Source: Trichodelitschia bisporula
Lineage: Eukaryota
Length of the DNA: 64,000 nucleotides
Direction of reading: 5' to 3'
NCBI GenBank assembly: GCA_010356995.1
Contig: ML996691.1
Span: forward strand, 626,174-690,173
Shown one piece after another: positions 53,687 through 64,000 of this stretch. The first letter of the stretch is position 1, and each line of letters opens with the position of its first letter. Under the pieces are notes generated by a model that was not told where the DNA came from, searched no databases, and saw only the letters and a list, made by a program, of their open reading frames with translations. The position numbers and the translations under genes were made by a program.

Positions 53687-55393
53687 CTAGGCCTTCGTAC
53701 TCTCCTCACTGCCCACCTCGAGCTTGGAGTACTTCAGCTGCTTAGGTATCTTCCAGTCTCCACTCAAGATGCTCTTCCATATCCCCCACGCACCAGCCAA
53801 TGGCCAAATCCGCAGCCCCTTCAGCTTCCAGCTCGTCGCCACCTCCTTCCTTTCCTTCTCCACATCAACTCGCACCTTTTGATACACGCTCGGCAGGTGC
53901 GTGGCATTGTACTTCTTGCGCAAATTCTCGTACCACTTCTTGTCATACATCTCCCAGAACTCGTCTTCCGAGTAGTACGTCTGCGCATAGAACCACTTCA
54001 TGCCTCCAAGCCGCCGCAGCTCATGCTCCAAGTCGCGGTTCGCTTCGATGTACTTCTCATGGTTCTTGGGTCCGTAGCCCCACACCCCAATGTTCAGCAT
54101 CTGTTTGAGTTCGCCACTGGCTTCCGTCTCCGGCGAATGCGGGTGGAAAGTGGGCAGCCGGTCCTGCTTAAGAGGGCATAACCACAGGGGGTAAATGCTG
54201 AGGGTCGAGTCCGTAAAGTTGATAAACTCCGCTGCTGAGCGATACGGCAGCGCCAGATCCTGCACCACATACGAAATTGCCTTACCGCTCGCATGCAGCG
54301 CGCGATACAGCATACGCGTATGCAGAAAGTCATCTAGGAACCACCGCGTCACACGGTTAAACGGGAAATGCATGTATTTGAACGCGCTGGCGCCGACCCA
54401 GAACCCGCCACGGTCGTAGCGGAAGAGGTACTCGGCGATGGGGATGGCCTCCGTAATGGGCACGCTGGGAGTTTTGCGGATTTGGTCCTGGACATGCAGG
54501 TAGAACCACGGGTCCCATGGGCGGCTGAAACGTTGAACACGCGTGCCGGGTGTAGGCTCATCAGTGAGTTTACCGGACACTATGACGCCCTGGGTTTTGG
54601 AGTAGATGATGCCGTCAACGTAGTCCACACCGGGCTCCTTAGTCATATTGTGCACGGTTGATACGGCCTCTTCAATGCTCGACACAGGATGGTATGTAGT
54701 TTCGACGTAGCGATGCGCTTTCTTCAGCTGCAACTCCACAAGCGTTGTTACACCGAAGGTGCCCACAGCGCCGGCCGCAGCATGAAACAGATCCGGGTGC
54801 TGCTCGTTGGACGCGGTAATCACATCGCCATTGGCCAGCACCATCTCGACGGAATTGATGGTCTTGTTGAAAAATCCATACTTGAATGAACTGCTCTCGC
54901 CGGACGTGCCAGAAAAGCCACCGCCGACAGTGATGCCAGGGAACTCCATAACGACAGGCGGAACCAAGCCATGCTTCAGCGTAGCGGCAACTAGGCGGTC
55001 CATTGGGACATTGGGCTCAACCAGTGCAGTGCGCTTCGCAACGTCGACTTGCAGTACATGACCCAGTGAGCTAGTGTCTACGAAGCTGGTCCGAGGCAGC
55101 ACCGTCTGTCGGGTGCTGTTCGTCGAGCCGTGGAATATGCGGAAGGGCTCCTTGCGGTCGTAAAAGTGGCGTACTCTGGCCGCAATTTTGGCCACTGCGG
55201 CCCGATGGGCTTCCATGAGTTCGGCTTGAGGGGGTTGTGGTTTTGATGTGGCCTTCGGCGACGGTACACTTTCTGTTGGTAAAAATATCGGGCTTGGGCC
55301 AGACGCGCGGGAGTTAACGCGCCGCGGGCTTGGGGACGGGCCGGGACTTCGGACGTCAGAAATAGGTAACGATGCTAGTCTGGCCTTCACCAT
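53687..55393 (-). CDS. FAD-binding oxidoreductase, Delta(24)-sterol reductase (DHCR24/DWARF1)-like
   Basis: FRIFHGSTNSTR...VEPNVPMDRLV...PVVMEFPGITVGGGFSGTSGESSSFKYG...EYLFRYDRGGFWVG...KWFYAQTYY. The start may instead be MEAH at 55216. Confidence 0.9.
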   Translation of the reverse strand: MVKARLASLPISDVRSPGPSPSPRRVNSRASGPSPIFLPTESVPSPKATSKPQPPQAELMEAHRAAVAKIAARVRHFYDRKEPFRIFHGSTNSTRQTVLPRTSFVDTSSLGHVLQVDVAKRTALVEPNVPMDRLVAATLKHGLVPPVVMEFPGITVGGGFSGTSGESSSFKYGFFNKTINSVEMVLANGDVITASNEQHPDLFHAAAGAVGTFGVTTLVELQLKKAHRYVETTYHPVSSIEEAVSTVHNMTKEPGVDYVDGIIYSKTQGVIVSGKLTDEPTPGTRVQRFSRPWDPWFYLHVQDQIRKTPSVPITEAIPIAEYLFRYDRGGFWVGASAFKYMHFPFNRVTRWFLDDFLHTRMLYRALHASGKAISYVVQDLALPYRSAAEFINFTDSTLSIYPLWLCPLKQDRLPTFHPHSPETEASGELKQMLNIGVWGYGPKNHEKYIEANRDLEHELRRLGGMKWFYAQTYYSEDEFWEMYDKKWYENLRKKYNATHLPSVYQKVRVDVEKERKEVATSWKLKGLRIWPLAGAWGIWKSILSGDWKIPKQLKYSKLEVGSEESTKA

Positions 55394-55817
55394 AAAAGCC
55401 TATGGAAACATTAAAACAAATTATCGTACAAGCTTTCCTGTCTATATATATACTGCTAGCAATAATGATGTACCAGAACACCGAGTGTGAGAATGGACTC
55501 GATCTTGGAGCGAGGCTGAAGAAAAGACGGTGATCTGTGCGCATTCCGAGTTGATATCCAGGCACGCCAGGCAAATGAGTTCAAGGTAGGATGAGATAGA
55601 ACAGCAAGTTGAGGCAGAAGAAAATACAAGAGCATGCCAGGCGGAGACTTTATCGATCAAACGTAATTTTGATAACACCTCTCCGAGAGAGGGTCTCCTT
55701 TGCAGTCATGCTCAAAGACCTTCTCGCGGCAACTACCCCTACAAAGCTCCCCACTACAAAGTGTTCCCGATATTCCACATCACCCTCCTATCTCAACAAC
55801 TGCATTTGTCTTTCGCA

Positions 55818-56136
55818 ATGCACTTCATGTTGAAGGTCCTCCCTGACTTCCTTCGCCGTCACATTCTGCGGAAGGCCTATCACGCTGAGATGAGAGACTG
55901 GAAGAAACACCTGGAGCGGTACGATCAAGTCATGACTGAATGCGTTGATCCGATGCATTGGCCGTAAGTAGTCCTCTTAGCAAGATTCGTCCTGTCCACA
56001 CGGCACATTTCCTAACGGTCGCAGTGACGGCGAAGGGATGGATATGGAGGCATTGCGCGAGCGCATGCAGGAGGAACACCTACTGGCATACACTAAACAC
56101 CTTGAGCGCATGGAGACCTTCATGAACTGGGACTAG
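55818..56136 (+). CDS. 85-aa orphan protein, 2 exons (55818-55963, 56025-56136)
   Basis: A canonical intron GTAAGT...CCTAAC...CAG joins the exons in frame: MHFMLKVLPDFLRRHILRKAYHAEMRDWKKHLERYDQVMTECVDPMHWPDGEGMDMEALRERMQEEHLLAYTKHLERMETFMNWD*. Confidence 0.7.
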
Positions 56137-56371
56137 ACATAGCTCAGGGTAGGGATAATGTGATTGGGTTGATCCAGAACCACCGAAGCAGATTTGCGGT
56201 ATTTCACCGCTCGAATTTATCGTAAGTCACCTTGCACATATATATAGGAATCGGTTACTCGCCGCATCATCTTCGACTATGGCCCATAGACCCACAAAGC
56301 CTTCACCGCCTCCTCGCGGGAAACTAGGCCCCACCATCAATCCACTCCATCCCAGCCGTTCGCAAGTCCAC

Positions 56372-58374
56372 TCAGAATTTGCGGACATTACGTTGGGGTG
56401 CGGCAGGCGCAGCGGCCGTTTGCTGAGATAGAGCCAGTAGCTTCTCAAAGTCCTATTCCTGTTAGCCGTATAAAGTGATTGTTCGGGCGAACCCTACCGG
56501 TGTCCCGAAACCAGTGACAGCATCCCAGCCCTTCTGTGCCTCGAATCCTCGGACACCGCATCCACGAGCGCTACCGCTGGTAACATCGTTGAAAGCAGAG
56601 GACGCCGTCCCGTAAATCCATGGGTTCAAAAAGCCTAGCGGGGGTTTGCCGGACGCGATGCGGTCATCGTTGAGCAGCGAGAAGATGCTAGCGACCGCTG
56701 GAGTAGAGGCGCTAGTGCCATCAACACGGATGGTGCTCCCGTGATAGATGACAAAGTAGCGCACTGACTGGCCTGCAATGTCCGGGTACGCGCGGCCACT
56801 GGCATTGTAGAGGTTCGACCAGGTCTTGTTCACGGACGGCACATAGGCGTCCACAACGGTCTTTTGGTAGGCAGGCTGCGGGAAGTAGTCGCTGAAGCCA
56901 CCTCCGCTGTAAAAGCTCCCATCGGCGGCGGCAACCTCGGGGTTAAAGTTCATGGTGCCACCAACGGTGGTCACATAGGGGCAACTGGCGGGGAAGGACT
57001 GCATGAAGCGCCTCGTGGTGCTCCCCTTGACAGGCGTAACGCACATGTTATCTTTTTGGTTGCGGGACGCCCTCCCAACGCCATTGTCACCACTGGCGAA
57101 GAGGACCGACACACCCTTTGAGCCGAGTTTCGCGAATTCCTGACAAACTCGCACGGCGTAATCCTTTGGCACGGAGAGCTCATCGTCACCATATGAAGTG
57201 GTGATAACCTGCGGCAGATCTGCTTGTGGGATGGTCTGCATATGCTGAACCCACTCGGCGTACGGTTCGTTGGTGTTGGGATCCAAATCGGCGTTCTCAG
57301 CCAGAGGTGGCCGGCCGCCGACTTGGTAGGCAATGATCTTCGTTGGGTAGACAAGGCCAATGATGGCCTGGCCGTCCAGGGCACCCTCAGTCCCGTGGCC
57401 TGAAGGCCAAGTGCTCTGCGGGTTTGTGCCATTGTTAACCAGGACAAAGTTGATATTTGCATTCGTGACATCTGGGCGATACTTCTTGACGAAGGCTGCA
57501 ACATCTTGCAGATTCGTATATTCTTCGAGGTAGTTCGTGAATCCAATTCTGTTCTTCTCAGGTGCCTTGACCTTGTAGTTGGCGGTTTTGTACAGGTTCC
57601 TCAAGCAGGTAGGGGTGATTCCGGAAGTTAGGCAGCCTGCGGGGGCCGCGTCCGGAGCACCTCCCTCGGCCGTGAACAAAGCTTTTGCGGCAAAGTCACC
57701 GGACAGAGGGACGAACTTCTCGGGAGTGACGCCATCCTCGGCAGCAGGCATGACCAAGGAACGCTGAGGGATGGGCCGAAAGAATGAGCTTGTCGGCTGA
57801 ATCGTATCAATGTGCTCGTGCAGATGCGCTGGAAGTGACCACTGCGGGGTCCGGACGAGCTTGGAACCATCTTCATGCTTGAAGACAGTGTAGTCCGTGT
57901 TCAGCAAAAGGTTCGCCTGGCGGACTGGAACAGCTAGATGAATCCATTCCTTGGCCGAACTGTAACTCAGGGCCCCCGCTGTGAAGCCATGATCCTCAAG
58001 CCATTCATGCACCAGGTCCAGGGCCTCCTTCTTCGGCTTCACCAACTCGTCCACCTGCTTGGACGTGAGGTGCTTTCCGTAACGAGGGTGGCTTGGATCA
58101 GACACTGGATTGAAGCGATGTTAATGCCCAAAACTCCATTGGATGGGGAAAAAGAACCTTCGTAAAGTTGCCTCTCCAGCTCATCAAACCGCCCCTGCTT
58201 AACCGCGATGCTTAACTTGATGACATGATCCTCCGGAGCCGGTCCAAGGGCCTCCCATCCCTCAGGGAGCGGGTGAGCCTCTTTAACAGCATAAAGAGAG
58301 CGTGTTCGCAGCGGCTTGCTGACAGCTGCATCTGCCGCAGCCAGAAGCGCAAGAAGGTGGGTAAAGGCCACCAT
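56372..58374 (-). CDS. Secreted sedolisin (peptidase S53, tripeptidyl-peptidase SED-like); 3 exons
   Basis: Signal peptide, pro-kumamolisin domain (VSDPSHPRYGKHLT), catalytic EGALD, SGDNG and GTSASTP motifs, GFLNPWIY, GWDAVTGFGTPDF. Confidence 0.95.
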
Positions 58375-59239
58375 TTCCGCTAATCTGGAGGAGAATAGCT
58401 GGTGGAGGAAGCGAGGGTAAGAATCACCGGATTAGACGAAGGGCGAGAACGACGGGATTAAAAGAACGACGGACACGGCAACATAAGAATGCGCGGCTAA
58501 GCCTTTGGGATGCGACGGGCCCAGGCGACGAGCTCAATGCGCAGATGGAGGGACCCGAAAAGGGTATTTCAACACTTACATGAAGGCATGGAGCCCTGAG
58601 CTAGACAGGAACTGGATGCGATCAACTCGCCCGCGCAGGGTTGGCAAGAGCCTCATAGCAGATATCGGCTCAATTGGAGACATGCTTGAAAGGACGATAG
58701 TCGATTGCTGCACTTTAATGGGTACTCAACGACCAATCAGAGCACTGAAGGCGCATAAGAGCACTGGCTGGACGCGGAGAGCTGTACCTGATTAATGTAA
58801 ATTGGCCGTCTGATACGCAGGGATGTTCCTTTAGGCCAAGCGAAAGGTACGTCTATTTCACTATACGGATGGTGTATGGTCCACATGGAGATTGGAATGT
58901 GTTCGTAGGGGGCCGAAGAGCAGGGCCAAGTACGGCCTCGTAAGGGTGAAATGCTGATGGAGATCGACGAGATAGAGCCCAGAACTTGGAAGATCTTGGA
59001 CTACAGTATTTAGATCTACGACAAACTCACTACCGAGTTGGCAAATAGGGACGAGAGAATACAGATGTAGCGGATAGACAGAGTTTCCTTTACCCGAGAT
59101 AGAACAAGAGAGGGGGTGGGGATCAGAAGGGGTTGCCTGAAGGATGTTTGAGTTGAAACCCCCACTGACCTTTCCCCGACTTTTGCCTTCGGCTTGGAAC
59201 AACTTGAGATTCCGGCGGAGCTTCGAAATTTGTTGGTGT

Positions 59240-59280
59240 TACGGGTACGGTACGGGTACGGTACGGGTACGGTACGAGTA
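59240..59280. repeat. 11-bp tandem repeat (TACGGGTACGG)x3 plus a partial copy
   Basis: Direct reading; lies in the divergent promoter between the sedolisin and fimbrin genes. Confidence 0.85.
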
Positions 59281-59579
59281 GTGGCTGAGTACGGTATGCC
59301 GTCGGATGATGTTCCATCAGCGTGGCGCAGCCAGAGGAGGAGGGGTGAGGGATGAGCTTGGCTCCTTGGCGTTTATGGGTCCAAAGCCGAGCGGCGCCTG
59401 ATGACGAAGCTCTCGTCTTGCCTTAGGTTGTGCCTGTTCTCACTGTTCCGCGAACTACTCCAGGCAGTAGTTTTCTATATCTGCTTGCTCACCCTTTCTT
59501 TGTCCTCCTTCGAAAAGAACCTCTAGGCTTCTCTTCCAGTGGACCTAGCAAGGCGCTTATTTTTCTCGTTCCCTTCGCC

Positions 59580-61699
59580 ATGAACGTCATCAAACTGCAG
59601 AGGTTTGACCCTCCCTCTTCCCCCCCCCCGCACTTCGCTCCCCAGTTTGCGCTGACCTCCCCGTGTTAGAAAGTACCCGCAATTCCAACAGAGCGACATC
59701 TTCAGTCTGCAAGATGCTTTCCGCAAGTTGGATGTCGACGACAAGGGTTACTTGGACGAAGCTAGTACCATCCGCGCCGTTCAGAACAGCGAACGCCAGC
59801 CGTACGATGTCGTGCGACAGGCGCTGAAGGAAGTAGAGCTTGACAGCTCGAGGCGCGTAGAACTCGAGGACTATGTCGACGTGGGTCAACGGTTATCCGG
59901 GGCCATTGCATTTGGCTAAGAGTTCGTTCCAGCTTATCGCGAGACTGCGCAACTCCTCACCGGCTCAGAAGCGCATGAACACTGGAGGTGCGAAGCCAGC
60001 AGCTTTCGGCGCCAGCCCTTCCGCTCCTTCTCATGCTTCTCGCGGCAGCATTGGCGGCAGCGGAGGTGGCCGGATACAGGTCCAAGGCTCTTCTGCGAAC
60101 GTGACGCATACCATCAACGAAGACGAGCGCACGGAATTCACCAGGCACATCAACGCGGTTCTTGCCGGTGATCCCGACATTGGCCATCTGCTTCCCTTCC
60201 CGACCGATACGTTCGAAATGTTCGACCATTGCAAAGACGGCCTCGTGTTGGCGAAATTGATCAACGACAGCGTGCCTGATACCATTGATGAACGTGTTCT
60301 GAATCGTCCGGGGAGGAAGATCAAGCAGCTCAATGCCTTCCACATGTCGGAGAATCTCAACATCGTAATTGAGTCTTCCAAGGGCATTGGATGCTCCGTA
60401 GTGAATATTGGTAGTCAAGATATTATTGAGGTCCGGGAGCACCTTATCCTAGGATTGATATGGCAAATCATCAGACGGGGTCTGCTCGGCAAGATCGACA
60501 TCAAGCTGCACCCGGAACTCTATCGGTTGCTAGAGGAGGATGAGACCCTCGAACAGTTCCTGCGGCTGCCTCCAGAGCAGATTTTGCTGCGCTGGTTCAA
60601 CTACCACCTGAAGAACGCTAAGTGGCCTCGCACGTACGTGCCATCTTGAACACCGCTTGACTATCTGCTTACAATCGAAAGGGTTACCAACTTCTCAACG
60701 GACGTCAAGGATGGAGAAAACTACACGGTTTTACTTAACCAGTTGGCGCCGGAGGTGTGCTCAAGAGCTCCTTTACAAACTCGCGACCTTCTTCAGCGGG
60801 CCGAGCAGGTGCTGGACAATGCGGATAGGCTCGACTGTCGCAAGTTCCTCACCCCGACGTCTCTGGTGGCCGGGAATCCCAAGCTCAATCTCGCTTTTGT
60901 TGCTAATCTCTTCAACACGCACCCGGGTCTTGATCCCATCACGGAGGAGGAGAAGGCCGATATCGAAGATTTCGATGCTGAAGGAGAGCGCGAAGCACGC
61001 GTCTTTACCCTCTGGCTCAATTCTCTCGACGTGAAGCCTGTCGTGCAGTCCTTCTTTGACGACCTGCGCGACGGCGCCGCTCTCCTCCAAGCTTACGAAA
61101 AGGTCATTCCCGGAAGCGTCAACTTCCGTTATGTGAACAAGCCTCCTTCCTCCGGGGGCGAAATGTCACGCTTCAAGGCCATTGAGAACACCAATTACGC
61201 CATAGAGATTGGGAAGCAAAATGGGTTCTCGCTTGTTGGTGTCCAGGGGGCCGACATCACGGATGGGCAGCGCACACTGACCCTCGGCATGGTGTGGCAA
61301 CTGATGCGCCGCGACATCGTGTCAACGCTGACAAACTTGGCGCGTCGCCTGGGCAAGCGCGAGATCTCGGATGCGGACATGGTTAAGTGGGCCAACGATA
61401 TGTCTCGTAAAGGCGGGCAGACGTCGGCAATCCGTGGCTTCAAAGACCAGTCTCTCGGCAACGGCATCTTCCTGCTTGATGTACTCAATGGCATGAAGAG
61501 CTCGTACGTTGACTACGAGCTTGTTGCGCCTGGCCGGACGCCGGAGGAGTCGTACATGAATGCTAAGCTCGCTATTAGCATTGCGCGTAAGATGGGAGCT
61601 ACCATTTGGCTGGTGCCAGAGGACATTTGCGCGGTGCGGAGCCGCTTGATTACCACTTTCATTGGCAGCTTGATGAACACCTACGAGAAGATGAACTGA
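59580..61699 (+). CDS. SAC6: Fimbrin (EF-hand plus calponin-homology actin-bundling protein); 4 exons
   Basis: MNVIKLQRKYP...THTINEDERTEFTRHINAVL...HLILGLIWQIIRRGLL...GEREARVFTLWLNSL...NAKLAISIARKMGATIWLVPEDI. Confidence 0.97.
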
Positions 61700-62216
61700 G
61701 TAGTTTCTGCGACTGATTGAATGCGCGCTTCAAAAAGAGGGACCGCTTGAATGGAGGAGTGTGTATTGACTGCGAGGGAATTCCCAGTGCACTCTGCAGT
61801 TACTGAAACCGATTTGAGCCTTGCCATAACAGTTCTCAAGTCTTTCGTGTGGCCGAACTGCCTTGCCTTGACGTTTAGTTCGGCCTTCTACTCCCAGTTT
61901 GCCTTGGTGCGGCCTCCCTGCCCGGTTCCGGCCGCAGCAGGTCCGCTTTAACCCTGCAGTAGGGCCTCTGTAAGCACGTAAACTTGAGTTTGTATGGGGA
62001 TCCACGTGAATCCTTATGTTAGCTCCTGAACATAGCAGCGGTGGTCCGTGGCAGGGGGAATTCCGTGGATCAGCCTCCTAGCTCATGGGCAGCACATGGG
62101 CATCCTCATCGTTCCGCAATTCTCAGCTTCATTCATTGCTGGATTATTCATCCAGTACTAGGATATCACAAAAACGCACTTATTTACAAGAAAGCGATCC
62201 TCGATCCAAACCATCC

Positions 62217-62807
62217 CTACGCGGGAGTAGCCTCAGCCTCGGCAGCCTTGCCTCTCCAACCATTGTTACCCCAAGCGCCATTATTCCCATAATTGCCACC
62301 ATTGTTATTCCACGGCTGGGCCGGGGCATTGTTGTATCCGTATGTCGGCCCCGGCCCGTTCACAATGACTGTCACCGTTGGTGTCGGCCTAAGCAAGTTA
62401 AGCGGGTTCAGCGCCGCCGCCGCATCGGCAATGTTGTTCCCAATCTGCGTGCCGACGCTCTGCGCAATACCGCCGAGGACCGCGCCCTCGAGCGCGCCCA
62501 ACGCACCGCCGACGCCTGGCCCAGGCCCACCGCGAGGGGGCCCGCCGGGACCCGGCCCGCCAAAGCCTGGCCTGGGCCCGGGCCCGCCGCCGGGGGGACC
62601 GCCGTGAGGGGGGCCACCTGTGGAAGTTAATATTTGCACCTGAAAGAGCGTGGGATGAGGGGACGCACCACGACCGCCGCCGCCGCGGGGGCCTTGCTCC
62701 TGGACTTCAGGGGAGGCGTCGGTGTTAACTTCCGCTTCGACCGCCTGGTTGGCGAGCGGGACAGCGGCGGCGAGGGCGACGAGGCCGAGGAAGATGGAGA
62801 AACGCAT
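62217..62807 (-). CDS. Small secreted Gly/Pro/Asn-rich protein; probable in-frame intron 62618-62668
   Basis: Signal peptide MRFSIFLGLVALAAAVP; TATATAA about 90 nt upstream; GTGCGT...ATTAAC...CAG intron signals. Confidence 0.85.
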   Translation of the reverse strand: MRFSIFLGLVALAAAVPLANQAVEAEVNTDASPEVQEQGPRGGGGRGASPHPTLFQVQILTSTGGPPHGGPPGGGPGPRPGFGGPGPGGPPRGGPGPGVGGALGALEGAVLGGIAQSVGTQIGNNIADAAAALNPLNLLRPTPTVTVIVNGPGPTYGYNNAPAQPWNNNGGNYGNNGAWGNNGWRGKAAEAEATPA

Positions 62808-64000
62808 GCTGATGGGTTGGAACGGGGGCTTTTGAAGGAGTGACTGGAAGGAATGTGGAGGTGGCGATGCGTCCGAAGTGTTCGGCATTGGGGAGTCTTA
62901 TATACATCCCAAACGCAATGTGCTCCCCTGGCCATAGCGGAGAAGCAGGAGCCTCGGGATGCTCAACTGCCCCCCCCCCCTACCAAGCCCATGGCATATT
63001 TTGCACCCAAAAGGTACCTTGAACCTAGTAGTGCGGGTGATCCAGACACAATAGAATTGGAGAGCTGGACACATAACAATCAAAGGGGAAAGATCCTCCG
63101 CCTGGGGCACGAACTTCGAGCCGCATGTAATCAACACGAAAAGACGACAGCGCCAGTGGATCTTACTCGCACGCATGCGAACCCGAGGATCATGGCACTA
63201 TGGCAGATTAAGATTTTCGTATGCGAGCCCTCGAAACAGGAGCCCCGGGAGAGAGATCGACCATTGTCGATGATCTATGATTGGAATGGGTTTTTGGTCG
63301 CCTGGACCTGACCGAGTATCCGACAGCTTTGTCTCTGAAGCCGGAAAGTGCGCAAAGAACAGTACATACGTTTTCGGCCGAGACTGACACCATGGAAAGC
63401 TATGGTATTTCTCTGCTGAACAACGGGCTGCCCCCGGGGGGATCGTACCTGGCTAGCCAGGGCTTCGGGTCACAACATGGGCCATGGTGGTGCCTAGAGC
63501 GATCTTGAACCCTATTCTTAGCAGAGGTTTAGGTATGGATGTCCTGCCAACCACATCTGTCGTGAGAGTTTTGGATGGCCAAGACTCACACGACGCCTTT
63601 GGTGTGTTCACTTGAAAGGGTTGGGAGAGAGAACCGAGCCCGATGACCAGTGAGAAGAAAGGAAGTATTGGGTGGTGATGGTACCTAATTTCATCTTGTA
63701 GATTAGGTATAATTCTGACAGCAATATATCAGTGTTCCCCTTAATGGCCCTAACGGGGCTACTGCACACCCTGGAGGAGCACAGGCGAGACGAGACGTCA
63801 GCTACGGTGAGTGCGCCCCGAAGGACTCGTGGACCTGGCATCAAGTAAAATGGGCTTGAGTCTCAACAGCCGTCATGGATGACGATCTACTGGCGAAGTT
63901 ACAGAGTGTCGGCCATGAATACGGAGGGCCATGGCCTTGCGATGGAGGTCGTGGTGGTGACGTTTTGAGACTTGAGTTGCAGTAAGCACATCATAGTGGG

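Noticed and set aside
58951..59070. Protein-like 40-codon stretch with an internal TAG (possible pseudogene relic)
   Set aside because: Too short, with no recognisable homology.
63000..64000. Short ORFs at the window end
   Set aside because: No coherent splice model, codon bias or motif.

Overview
Gene-dense window from a filamentous ascomycete (Pezizomycotina), judged from the short ~45-60 nt GT-AG introns with CTRAC/CTRAT branch points and from the gene content. Genes in order: the 5' part of a conserved nuclear protein, Cdb4/Ebp1, Snf5, a 57-aa four-exon Cys/His microprotein, Fus3/Pmk1 MAPK, Coq9, Mtf2-like, Cmr1, Ade16/17, DOPA 4,5-dioxygenase, Dim1, Apn1, a hypothetical protein, alpha-COP, Nsl1/Mis14, a Zn2Cys6 TF, 3-oxoacid CoA-transferase, intron-containing tRNA-Lys(CTT), a large PAS hybrid histidine kinase, HymA/MO25, a DHCR24-like FAD oxidoreductase, an 85-aa two-exon orphan, a sedolisin, fimbrin and a secreted Gly/Pro/Asn-rich protein. 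I found no transposon, CRISPR array, rRNA or secondary-metabolite cluster, and no multi-gene novel system that I can support. The best leads are small: spliced microprotein genes missed or only partly captured by the ORF track, two unusually long structured introns in cdb4, a glycine-zipper secreted protein, start-abutting uORFs in SNF5 and the kinase, a GC-AG intron in hymA and a probable 3'-UTR intron. All gene models were assembled by eye, and family calls come from motif recognition, not database searches.
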